64,000 nucleotides of DNA from Narcine bancroftii (taxonomy: Eukaryota), in NCBI RefSeq assembly GCF_036971445.1, contig NC_091481.1:72912001-72976000 (forward strand), written 5' to 3'. The position numbers and the translations under genes are program-made. The notes under the pieces were generated by a model, which had not been told where the DNA came from, searched no databases, and saw only the letters and a list, made by a program, of their open reading frames with translations. The first letter of the stretch is position 1, and each line of letters begins with the position of its first letter. Positions 34,551 through 46,616 of the stretch are shown here, piece by piece.

Positions 34551-36837
34551 CTGAAAGAAGATTATTGTTAAGCGAAGCTTTTTCCTCAGTTTTGGTTAAT
34601 CCTGTGACTGCAGCCCCCCCTCCCCCCGCCCACACTCTTGCCACAGCTACTTCATCCAGATATGCTTAATGACAGGACTAATGTCTGACTTGTTAACCAG
34701 TTCCTGGAGTCAAATCCAGCTAATTAAAACAGAAACCAAGCAGGAAGTGAGATGATGGAAGAACTCATAGGTAGGTGAAAACAAAGCTGGAGAAACTAAA
34801 GTCGAGCAGTGTCCTTTATTTAGCAAAGGTAAAAAAAATACATAACCAACATTTTAGGCTTGAGCCCTTCATCTCTGAAATTTTTGAGGGATGCCTACCC
34901 TGAAGAAGTTCTCCTTTGCTTTCCAAAGAGAGTTCTGTGGGATCTTCCTGCCTTTGTGACCTCCCCTCTTCGACTCTTGTTTGGACACCTGCCAACATTT
35001 GTCCATACTTTAATGAAGGGCTCAAGCCTGAAACGCTGGTGATGTACCATTACTATATAAAGGACACTGTTTGACCAGCGGAGTTTCTCCAGCATTGTTT
35101 TTACTTCAACCACAGTCCCTACAGACTTTTTTGCTTTACTTCTGTGGGTAGAAATAGTCAATATTTCAGGTTGGGACCCTTCATTGAAACTACAGTAGGA
35201 AGAGGTGATAAAGAAGTTTTAAAATTTTATTTGCAATACAGTAGAAGCCAATTCTAGCCACTGAAACCTGTGTCACCCAGTTAACCTACAACCTCTGGTA
35301 TGTTTTGGAGAGTGGGAAGAAAGTGGAGCATCCAGAAGAAACCAACGCAGACATGGAGAACAGACAGCACCAGAATCAAACTCTGGTTCACTGATGCTAT
35401 AATAGTGTTACACTGACTTTAGACCCAGAAATGTTGACTGACCATCGCTAACCATGGTGTTACCCATCCCACAGCAATTTGTAATGCCAGCCGTCGGTCA
35501 GTTTTTCAACTGAACAGGAAGTGTTGACTAATATTGCAATCATTGGGCATCATGCCCAGACTGAGTCAGATTTCACCTATTCTTGACCACATTACATCAC
35601 ATTTCCACAAGGCAACTGAATCACAGCACCAACACCCTTGGTAACAATTTCCTCAATAGGGTGGGGAGGTACTTGTAGGATATGGAATGGGACTGATGGA
35701 AACAGAAATACAATCTTCATAGAATCTGCATGGGATGGGGGCACTCTTGAACAGTTCAGAGAAGTGAATCTGCTGGGGAAGTTGAATCCATGACAATCTG
35801 AATACCAACACCCCATCTCTTGCCTCGGGACTGTTAACACCTACCTTTTTGAGAGTCTTCCTCTGGTTCTCATGGGTTTCTTGCTTTGAGGTCGATGCAG
35901 ACTGCTCCACACCACAGGTGTCAGCATTGAAGCACAAACCAGGGGTCTCTAGCAGTCCCTCTTCTGTCAGCTCAGTGTTACAGACCCCTTCCTTCTCTCC
36001 TTGGTTAGTGGTGGTCGTGAAAACAAGAACGTTTAAAAGGTTAAAAGGATCAGTGTTTTCAGAGAATGAGTCCCATAGTTTGTCATTTTCAGATTCAAAC
36101 TGAACCAAAGAATCTTCTTCTTTGTCTGTATCAGTATTGCAGGCCAGGTGCCCAGTTGATGCTGAGAAATTCAAGGGGTTATAGGGATCAGATTGAAAGA
36201 AGGAGTCCCAGAGAAGACGAGAGTCACTTTCATCACACAATTCATCATCCTCAGAAGACCAATCACTGGACTCTCCATCATCCATTAGTGATCCCTTGGG
36301 GACATTAATCCAATCATATGGAACCTCTTCACCTGCCCAGGCCTGCGACTGGGCATTCTCTGTAGCATCCGGCCAGATCATTGATAGAATGAGTGGATTT
36401 GCACAGCTGAACTCCATGTCACTTTGCTTTCTCACTTGGCCACCCATCTGGCCACCACTGCCTGCCACCAGGACTTTCCCTTCAGCCATTGAGGGGTTAT
36501 TTCCAGGTGGAAAAGAATGGGGCAGCAAGGAAGCACCAAGATCAGCAATGTACTGCAGCAGGCCCAGACTATTGGTGTGATGGTCACGTCGAGGGCCACA
36601 GTCCTCCGTGACAACCACGTTGCTACCCCCCTGGTCCTGTGGTTGGTGGTCCACAGCTCTCCTCTTCATTTCTGTCAGTCTGTAACAAGTGCTGCTTGTG
36701 GACAAGAATGCATTAAGCAGGAAGAGGTAGAGTTCCAACAATCTCCACCACACAACGGTGATCCACAGCAGCCAGCAGTGGGTTTTCTCCGGGCTCTGTC
36801 CATCAAAGGGCGTTGATGGATCCATGTCTGTCTGCAT
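34296..36837 (-). CDS. PPP1R15A: Protein phosphatase 1 regulatory subunit 15A (GADD34), 415 aa (432 aa if the exon-1 AUG is used)
   Basis: complement(join(34296-34550,35845-36837)). PP1-binding KK|VRF split by the intron, AARKGPWEQYARDRSRFQRRI eIF2alpha-phosphatase core. 3-exon structure and NUCB1/TULP linkage favour 15A over 15B. Confidence 0.82.
35845..36837 (-). CDS. PPP1R15A: PPP1R15A large coding exon
   Basis: Acceptor ccttgctatcccAG (exon starts 36847), ATG at 36837, donor AAG|GTAGGT at 35845. N-terminal hydrophobic helix, acidic stretches, two LWDSF..DP(Y/F)N repeats. Confidence 0.85.
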
Positions 36838-37015
36838 GCTGAGGTGTCTGGGATAGCAAGGAGAAAAGGTGTTAGAAGCAGGCTGTCCCCAGGAGGTACA
36901 GCTGTCTCAATCCAATCCACCCACCCCCCCCCCCCCCAACCACCGGCAGCGGCGGCCCCCCCACCTGATCCCACGCGCCCCGTCACCGTGAGCCCAGGCC
37001 TACCTGTGGGTGCGC

Positions 37016-37099
37016 TCAGCCCCCATCCAGTGGCCTGTGTCCATGCGGAGTAACAGTGAGTCGCCGAATGCTGTTCGCTCGCTCCGTCCTCACTCTCAT
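37016..37099 (-). promoter_or_regulatory. uORF of 27 codons in PPP1R15A exon 1 (MRVRTERANSIRRLTVTPHGHRPLDGG*)
   Basis: accATG context; lies wholly in exon 1 (about 37127 to donor CAG|GTAGGC at 37004). An 8-codon uORF (37122-37096) overlaps its start. Confidence 0.75.
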
Positions 37100-37124
37100 G
37101 GTCTTCTTTCAAGGTCAGTCATAT

Positions 37125-37262
37125 GATGACGGCGGATCCGCAGCTACCCTCTTATATACCCCGTCATGATGTCATCCGCGGGTGCGGCCACCAATCAGCG
37201 GCGGCGCACGCGGGTGGACGCGGTACGTGGTCCTTTCGTCATCGGGCTGGTCGTGACGTTAG
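37125..37262 (-). promoter_or_regulatory. PPP1R15A: PPP1R15A core promoter
   Basis: TATATAA at 37158-37152, Inr-like TCATC near 37127, ATF/CRE variant ATGACATCAT just upstream of TATA, inverted CCAAT 37191-37195, ACGTGG and TGACGT further up; CpG-rich. Confidence 0.75.
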
Positions 37263-37310
37263 AGATTGAAATCAGAAAGTGCTGGAACTCCCAAACAGCT
37301 CGAGGTCAGG

Positions 37311-40300
37311 TCCCCTTCACATCCCCCCCATCCCCTCATAACCCCTCCCACCCCCACACATTCCTTCCTAACCCCCTCACATCCCCCCACCCCCACACAT
37401 CCCCTCATAACCCCACCCCCTCACATCCCCTCATAATCCCCTCACATCCCCCATAACCCCACCCCCACACATCCCTTCCTAACCCCCTCACATCCCCCCA
37501 CCCCCACACATCCCCTCATAACCCCCTTACATCCCCCCACCCATCCCCTCATAACCCCACCCCCTCACATCCCCTCATAATCCCCTCACATCCCCCATAA
37601 CCCCACCCCCTCACATCCCCCATAACCCCACCCCCACACATCCCTTCCTAACCCCCTCACATCCCCCCACCCCCACACATCCCCTCATAACCCCCTTACA
37701 TCCCCCACCCATCTCCTCATAACCCCACCCCCACACATCCCTTCCTAACCCCCTCACATCCCCCCACCCCCACCCATCCCCTCATAACCCCACCCCCACA
37801 CATCCCCTCATAACCCCCTTACATCCCCCCACCCATCCCCTCATAACCCCACCCCCTCACATCCCCTCATAATCCCCTCACATCCCCCATAACCCCACCC
37901 CCTCACATCCCCTCATAACCCCACCCCCTCACATCCCCTCATAATCCCCTCACATCCCCCATAACCCCACCCCCTCACATCCCCTCATAACCCCCTCAGA
38001 TCCCCTCATAACCCCCTCACATCCCCTCATAACCCCCTCAGATCCCCTCCCACCCCCACACATCCCTTCATAACCCCCTCACATCCCCCCACCCCCACAC
38101 ATCCCCTCATAACCCCACCCCCTCACATCCCCTCATAATCCCCTCACATCCCCCATAACCCCACCCCCACACATCCCTTCCTAACCCCCTCACATCCCCC
38201 CACCCCCACACATCCCCTCATAACCCCCTTACATCCCCCCACCCATCCCCTCATAACCCCACCCCCTCACAACCCCTCACACCCCCACACATCCCTTCAT
38301 AACCCCCTCACATCCCCCCACCCCCACACATCCCCTCATAACCCCCTTACATTCCCCCACCCATCCCCTCATAACCCCACCCCCTCACATCCCCTCATAA
38401 TCCCCTCACATCCCCCATAACCCCACCCCCTCTCATCCCCCATAACCCCACCCCCACACATCCCTTCCTAACCCCCTCACATCCCCCCACCCCCACACAT
38501 CCCCTCATAACCCCCTTACATCCCCCCACCCATCCCCTCATAACCCCACCCCCTCACATCCCCTCATAATCCCCTCACATCCCCCATAACCCCACCCCCT
38601 CACATCCCCTCATAATCCCCTCACATCCCCCATAACCCCACCCCCTCACATCCCCTCATAACCCCCTCAGATCCCCTCATAACCCCCTCACATCCCCTCA
38701 TAACCCCCTCACATCCCCTCATAACCCCCTCACATCCCCTCATAACCCCCTCACATCCCCTCATAACCCCCTCACATCCCCTCATAACCCCCTCACATCC
38801 CCTCATAACCCCCTCACATCCCCTCATAACTCCACCCCCTCACATCCCCTCATAATCCCCTCACATCCCCCATAACCCCCTCATATCCCCTCATAACCCC
38901 CTCACATCCCCTCATAACCCCCTCACATCCCCTCATAACCCCACCCCCACACATCCCCTCATAACCCCCTCACATCCCCTCATAACCCCCTCATAACCCC
39001 CTCACATCCCCTCATAACCCCACCCCCACACATCCCCTCATAACCCCCTCTCATCCCCTCATAACCCCCTCACATCCCCTCATAACCCCCTCACATCCCC
39101 TCATAACCCCTCACATCCCCTCATAACCCCTCACATCCCCTCATAACCCCCTCATAACCCCCTCACATCCCCTCATAACCCCCTCACCTCCCCACATAAC
39201 CCCACCCCCTCACATCCCCTCATAACCCCCTCACATCCCCCCACCCATCCCCTCATAACCCCACCCCCTCACAACCCGATCACATTCCCTCATAACCCCC
39301 TCACATCCCCCCACCCCCACACATCCCGTCATAACCCCCTCACATCCTCACTTAACCCCCTCACATCCCCCCACCCTCACACATCCCCCCCACCCCCACA
39401 CATCCCCTCATAACCCCCTCATATCCCCTCATAACCCCCTCATATCCCCTCATAACCCCCTCACATCCCCTCATAACCCCCACACATCCCCTCATAACCC
39501 CCTCACATCCCCCCACCCCCACACATCCCCTCATAAACCCCTCACATCCCCTCATAACCCCCACACATCCCCTCATAACCCCCACACATCCCCTCATAAC
39601 CCCCACACATCCCCTCATAACCCCCACACATCCCCTCATAACCCCCTCACATCCCCTCATAACCCCCTCACATCCCCTCATAACCCCCACACATCCCCCC
39701 ACACCCCCTCACATCCCCCCACACTCCTCCTCACATCCCCCCACACTCCTCCTCACATCCCCCCACACTCCTCACATCCCCCCACACTCCTCCTCACATC
39801 CCCCCACACTCCTCCTCACATCCCCCCACACTCCTCCTCACATCCCCCCACACTCCTCACATCCCCCTACACTCCTCCTCACATCCCCCCACACTCCTCC
39901 TCACATCCCCCCACACTCCTCCTCACATCCCCCACACTGCTCACATCCCCCCCACATCCCCCCTGATCCCCTCTCATAACCCCCCCTCATGTCTCCCTCA
40001 TACCCCCTTTATCCCCTCACATCCCCCTCACCCCCTCACATACCCCCATGCCCCCTCACATTCCCCAAACTCCCTCACATGCCCCCACCCCCTCACATCC
40101 CCTCACATCCCCCTTGATCCCCTCTCACAACCTTTCATCCCCTCATAGCCCCCCTCACATCCCCCCATACCCCCTTTATCCCCTCACAACCCCCACACCC
40201 CCCTCACATCCCCACACCCTCTCACATCCCCACACCCCCCTCACATCCCCCACACTCCCCTCACATCCCCCCACACTCCCCTCACATCCCCCCACACTCC

Positions 40301-40425
40301 CCTCACATCCCCCACACCCCCCTCATATCCCCCACACCCCTCTCATATCCCCTCTTACAACCTCTCATCCCCTCATAACCCCACTCACATCCCCATATCC
40401 CTTTTATCCCCTCATAACCCTCATA
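37311..40425. repeat. 3.1-kb C-rich minisatellite, core unit about 21 bp (CACATCCCCTCATAACCCCCT) with variant domains
   Basis: Directly visible; pure 21-mers about 38650-38930 and 39400-39700, a 22-mer variant about 39710-39930. Confidence 0.97.
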
Positions 40426-42590
40426 AAAGAGGGATGGAGGAGGAACAGAGGCATGCGGGAGTGGAGAGTCTGAGAGGGCAAGTTCCCCTAATCAGTACGG
40501 ATCTCCCTCTGTATCCACATTTGGGTTAGGGATAGACATCAGACATCCATTTACTGTTGCAGCATCCTCTCTGGTGATCTCTTTTGGATGCAAACTCTCA
40601 GAGCTCCATTGCAAATCTTTCCATGGATCTGTACTGATAACCAGTTCAGAAGGCAGACCGCCAAGAAGTTGGATGCAATGTTTTGTAAACAAGGGGACAG
40701 CATATTACTGCAGACAAAACACAATGTTGGAGAAACTCACCAGGTCAAAAAGTGTACTTTATATGGGAAAGATAAAGGAACATAACCAACGTTTTGGGCT
40801 TGAGCCCTTCATCAAGGTAGGAGCAAAATGTAGACAGGCATCCGAACAAAATGGTGGCAAGGAGGGGTGGGTGGAGGAGTACAGTCCCAAAGGCAAGAGG
40901 TAATAGATGGATAAGTGAGGGAGGGCACAGCAGCAAAAAGGGGGAGGAGAGTTGGCTCTATGAATGAAGAGTGAAGGGGTGGAGAGCTGGAGTAAAGAAG
41001 ACAAGGGGAAAGAGAAGGGAGGGAGAACGGAGAGTAGATTAGCAGTTGATGTCAATGCCATCAGACAGAAATTCAAGTGTTCCTCCAAATTACAGGTGGT
41101 TTTAGTGGGATAGTACATGAGGCCATTTACAGACATGTGAGCATGGGAGTGTTTGGCCACCGGGAGATTCCTATAATTGATGTGGACAGATTGAAGAAAG
41201 TGGGATGAGACAAAGGAGAAGATTGAGAACAAGTTCTGCCAGATAGTGGAGGGTGGCCATGGAGGGTGATTGGTTAGATCCAGCTGATTTTTTTTTACTC
41301 CAGATTTGAGTATCTGGCATCTCTCCAAATTAAAGTCTGGCTGAGGTGGGTTGGAATACTCGAACACTTTTCTCATTCACAGTTGAGGGAGTGAGGAAAG
41401 TCTGGGTGCAAAGGGCCAATTACATTTGGGTCAGAGGGTCAGGGTAAAGGCTTGACTCAATATCTCCTGTGTGTTAAAGGATGGTAGAGGGATTGTTACT
41501 CTCTTACCCTGGAAGTACATCGTATCATTTCCAGCATCAACAATCTGCAACGGAAGAGCATCAGATAATTGATTATTGTATTTTGCTTGAGGGTTGGATA
41601 AAGATGCCATTTGAGTCTATCAGTATTTGTAGACCAGTTTATAATCAGGGCCTCCAAAGCAAAAGGATCTTGACAGTCATCCAGTCCTGGAACAGGAAAA
41701 CTACACAATCTAAAATTTATATTTTTCCTAATTTAGACCTACAGCACAGTAATAGGTCCTCAATAGTGTGATGTCTACTCTTGTTTGTGACCACATCATC
41801 TATCTACAGTTGATCAAATGGATACCATGCCCCTGCTTTTTTTCAAAGAAAATGTTAGGTGTGTTTTCTTTCCCATTCACCTGCAGACTTGACTTAACAT
41901 AGAACAGAAACAATGTGGTCTTGTTTTGGAACTGCACTGGAACGTGAGCGTGTACCCTGCTGTTCCATAATCTACTCTGGGCCTTGATCCACAAAGTTCT
42001 GGTTCTGAGTGCCAAGTACTGTGAAGCATCTCACATCTGCAACAGGTCACAGTGTGTTGCTTCTGTTTACAGGCTGGGGATAGTTCACTGCTCTTCCCTG
42101 TTTTGTTTTCCACAAGCAGTCTTACAGGTTAACTAATACTGTTCACATGACTGACCCATGAATGCATCACCAGATCCAATTCCAACAGAGGCATCAAGTT
42201 TGCAGATGACACAACAGTAGTTGGCCTCATCAGCAATAATGATGCGTCACGCTGTAGCCATTATAAAGTGAAAGAACAAGAGCACAATATATGGTTACAA
42301 TGAAAAAAAATTATCAATTAGTATCAGGCAAGGGCAGCATGAGGACACTGTTGTGGGGTTCATTCAGGAGTCTAATGGCTGCACATTCAGGAGCCAACTT
42401 ATTCCTGAGATTTCTCACTTCTATCCAGAGAAAGGTCCACAAAGCTACTGGCCCAACTCTCTGAAGCTGACTTCCTGCAAATAGATTCAGTGAATTATAT
42501 AAAAAACACACAAATGCTGGAGAAACTCAGCAGGTGTGGGGGAACATGAGAGATGTCTGAACAAAAGGGGGAAGAGTGAATTATATATAT

Positions 42591-43160
42591 CACTTGTCAA
42601 TGAAGAATTTGCTTCCTGAACACTTTTGAGTGTATTATGGATTTTGGGCTGCTGATCACAAAAATTATCTTAAAATGTTCCCATTATGTACCATTTTTTT
42701 TTAGAAATAACATGTTTTTGTGGTTTCCTGTCATATTTTACATCTACTTCAAGCGTATAATTGCAATGTTGTTGAAAATTCATTTCTTGCATTCGCACTT
42801 GGACTTCTTCCTTGCTGATCTTGGTGCCATCAGTGACAAGCATGGCGACCATGGAAAAGCGGTATCAGGGCAACTGGAATCCATCAATGCTAGCTGACTA
42901 TTGTTGGACACTGACACAAGAGGCATCAGATGCTGAGTTCCAATGAAAATCAGCGGCAAAACATTTTTAGGTCATTTGAACTGACGCAATGTCATCATGC
43001 GATTAAACAGGCTAAATTCAATAAAAGTTCATGTTTATCTAACTTACTACATGATACAACAAATCTGAAATTATTGTTGTGTTCAGCTTGAAGTTGTCTA
43101 TCATAAACCCCAATTATTTTTCAGGAAGCGAACCTTTTGAAAACAATTGTCTGGTTAGTG
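42591..43160 (+). mobile_element. Chapaev3-like DNA transposon deletion derivative
   Basis: LKIHFLHSHLDFF.ADLGAISDKHG and [16 protein letters not shown] motifs; CAC...GTG ends; homologous to 28012-28700. Confidence 0.62.
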
Positions 43161-45572
43161 GATCCTGGCATGGGGTGGCCACATGAAGAAATCGCATGAA
43201 AAGAGGTCAGATCATGGGCATGTGCTAGAGACGGGGATTGCTGAAGACAATGGCAACTTTGGAAAAGACTCAGGGAAATAGACAAGCAGGTACAGACTTG
43301 TTCAGCGGAACCCAGAAAATATGTAGGATGAAATGTTCCTTCAACAGCAGAGAAAAAGGAAAAGAAAGTTGCAGGGTGAGATGCAGTTGAGTGAAATTTG
43401 AGAAAGAAGGAGTTATTAAGAGATATGTGTGACTGAATTGCTCTCTTGTCTGGTTGAAGCAGTTCTTAATCCTACGTGTCCAGGGTTAGTCACTGTTTAG
43501 ACTAAGGAAATGAAGAATGAAATAGTGAGCATTGTTCATAAAGCAATAGCGCTATTCACCAGTAGACTGAAATCTCAAATCCTTAAACTGTCTGGTGTGT
43601 GTGTTTTTGTACATCTGATCAAAACTCCCATTACTGATCTGTAACGAGTCCTTTGACCCAGGATATTGTATCCTCCATATTGTGGACTACCTCACTTTTT
43701 CTCTTCTTTTGCATTAATTTATTTATTTAAAAATGCGCTTTATAACAACTTTTGCAGCAGTGATGCTGCCGCAAAACAACTAATCTCGTTACGGATGTTC
43801 ATGACGATAAATTATGATTCTGAATACTTTGGAGTCAAAGACATTCTGATGAAGTAATAAACTCTCTTTCACTGCCTGAGCTTCTGAAAACTTCTAATAT
43901 TTTCTGCTTTTTCCATCTGGATTTCTACTTTTACTTCAAAGTTTACAAAGGAGTTTGTATAGGATTGAAGGGAGTCTGCTTAGAACAGAGATATGGAGGA
44001 ATTTCTTCAGCCAGAGGGTGGTGAATCTGTGGAACTTGTTGCCACAGGCTGTGGAGGGTGGGTCATTCAGTGTATTTAAGGCAGAGATTGATGGTTCTTG
44101 ATGAGCCAGGGCATCAAAGGTTATAGGGAGTAGGCCGGGCAGTGAGGCTGAGCGAGAGAATGGATTAGGTCATGATTAAATGGTGGAACAGACGCGATGG
44201 GCTGAATAGCCTATTTCTGCTCCTGTGTCTTAAATAGTGCTTTCACCTGGACAAGTTCACAACAGAGAGGAATATTCAAATAAACTTGTCAATTGCAGAT
44301 CACATGAAGATAAATGAGAATGTGAAATTCCTCGTTGTGGGATTGCTAAGAAAGATACATTTTTATTATTCAAGGGATGTAATTGCCTTGAGAGATTGTG
44401 AACCTGTCTCCTTGAACAGCTGCAATTCTAGAGGTTTGGGCACACTCACAAGGGAAACTGTTCCAGAATTTTGACCCAGTGGCAATGAAGGAGGGGTGAT
44501 CAATTTCCTAATCGGGGTGGTGTGTGGCCTGGTGCCATTCCCAGGTGGTGGTATTCTCCTGCTTTTATGGTCATTCCAGGTGGTAGAGACAGTGCGTTTG
44601 GAAAGAGCAATCTATGAGCCTTGGTGAGTGACTGCAGTGGATCCTGTTGATAGTACAACCTGTTCCACCTGCGATGATGTGAGTGTATAGTTGTAGTAGG
44701 CTGTTATAAGTTATGTGGTTTTCATGCTCTGTGGGTGTGGTTGAAGCAGACCCCATCCAGCAATTGGAGAATGTCCTACCTCCACTTTAAATAGAAAGAG
44801 TTGCAGAGAAGATTTACTGGGATGTTATCTGGACCTCAGGAACTGAGATACAGGGAAAGTTTAAATAGGTTAGGACTTGATTCCCTGGTGTGTAAAAGAA
44901 TGAGGGGAGATTTGATAGAGGTTTTTAAAATTATGAGGGGGGGATAAACAGAGGAAATGTAGATAGGCTTTTTCCATTGAGGGCAGGTGAGATATAAACC
45001 AGAGGACATGAGTTCTGGGTGAAAAGGGAAAAATTTAGGGGGAACTTCTTCACACAGAGAGTGGTGGAAGTGTGGAACGAGCTTCCAGCTGAAGTGGGGA
45101 ATGTGGGCTCAATTTTAACATTTCGGAAGAATTTGGACAGGTACATGGGTGGGATGGTTATGGAGGTCTATGGACTGGGTGCAGGTCAGAGGGACTAGGC
45201 AGAACAATAGTTCGACACAGACTAGAAAGGTCGAAGGACCTGTAAAGTTCTATGGTTCTATCACACTCCTGACTTGACCCCCTTTGGGGCTTTGGGGAGT
45301 CAGGAGTGTCATTGAGTTTCCTGCTGTCAGATTCAAAGCTTAAGGAAAGATGAAGTTCAAGTTTATTATCATCTGACTGTATATGTACAACCAGACAAAA
45401 CAGCGTTTCTCTGGACCACGGAGCACACACATGCATACACGCATGCACGCACACACGTGCACATACACGCACACAGAATGCAAGAAGAATGCAGAAGGAT
45501 AGAGGCAGCAGAATGAGCAGTGGTAATCGGGGCAGGAGGTGGTTTAAGTGGAGTTTAAACCCAGACATTGGC

Positions 45573-46616
45573 GCCAGCAAGCTCACACCAAGACACAAGA
45601 GCAACTTGTCCGTGAACTACTCTTTGCAGACGATGCCGCTTTAGTTGCCCATTCAGAGCCAGCTCTTCAGCGCTTGACGTTCTGTTTTGCGGAAACTGCC
45701 AAAATGTTTGGCCTGGAAGTCAGCCTGAAGAAAACTGAGGTCCTCCATCAGCCAGCTCCCCACCATGACTACCAGCCCCCCCACATCTCCATCGGGCACA
45801 CAAAACTCAAAACAGTCAACCAGTTTACTTATCTCGGCTGCACCATTTCATCAGATGCAAGGATCGACAATGAGATAGACAACAGACTCGCCAAGGCAAA
45901 TAGCGCCTTTGGAAGACTACACAAAAGAGTCTGGAAAAACAACCAACTGAAAAACCTCACAAAGATAAGCGTATACAGAGCCATTGTCATTCCCACACGC
46001 CTGTTCAGCTCTGAATCATGGGTCCTCTACCGGCATCACCTACGGCTCCTAGAACGCTTCCACCAGCGTTGTCTCCGCTCCATCCTCAACATCCATTGGA
46101 GCGCTTTCATCCCTAACGTCGAAGTACTCGAGATGGCAGAGGTCGACAGCATCGAATCCATGCTGCTGAAGATCCAACTGCGCTGGGTAGGTCACGTCTC
46201 CAGAATGGAGGACCATCGCCTTCCCAAGATCATGTTATATGGCGAGCTCTCCTCTGGCCTCCGTGACAGAGGTGCACCAAAGAAGAGGTACAAGGAGTGC
46301 CTAAAGAAATCTCTTGGTGCCTGCCACATTGACCACCGCCAGTGGGCTGATATCGCCTCAAACCGTGCATCTTGGCGCCTCACAGTTCGGTGGGCAGCAA
46401 CCTCCTTCGAAGAAGACCACAGAGCCCACCTCACTGACAAAAGACAAAGGAGGAAAAACCCAACACCCAACCCCAACCAACCAATTTTCCCTTGCAACCA
46501 CTGCAACCATGTCTGCCTGTCCTGCATCGGACTTGTCAGCCACAAACGAGCCTACAGCTGACGTGGACATTACCCCTCCATAAATCTTCGTCCGCAAAGC
46601 CAAGCCAAAGAAAAAG
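45573..46616 (+). mobile_element. RTE-clade LINE, 5'-truncated, with uninterrupted RT C-terminal ORF
   Basis: ELLFADDAAL catalytic motif, FTYLGC, C-terminal CxxC..H; perfect 16-bp TSD AAACCCAGACATTGGC (45557-45572, 46617-46632). Confidence 0.94.

Noticed and set aside
35653-35844. C-terminal 63 aa of the 394-aa ORF
   Set aside because: Intron read-through; the donor at 35845 joins KK to VRF to build the PP1-binding motif.
37191-37210. Canonical ERSE in the PPP1R15A promoter
   Set aside because: Reads CCAAT-N10-GCACG rather than CCAAT-N9-CCACG; kept only as a CCAAT box.
37311-40425. Possible interstitial telomeric repeat (TAACCC-like)
   Set aside because: Unit is 21 bp with CATAACCCC; no (TTAGGG)n run.
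38621-40473. (GVMRGCE)n and Pro/His-rich ORFs
   Set aside because: Translations of the 21-bp minisatellite.
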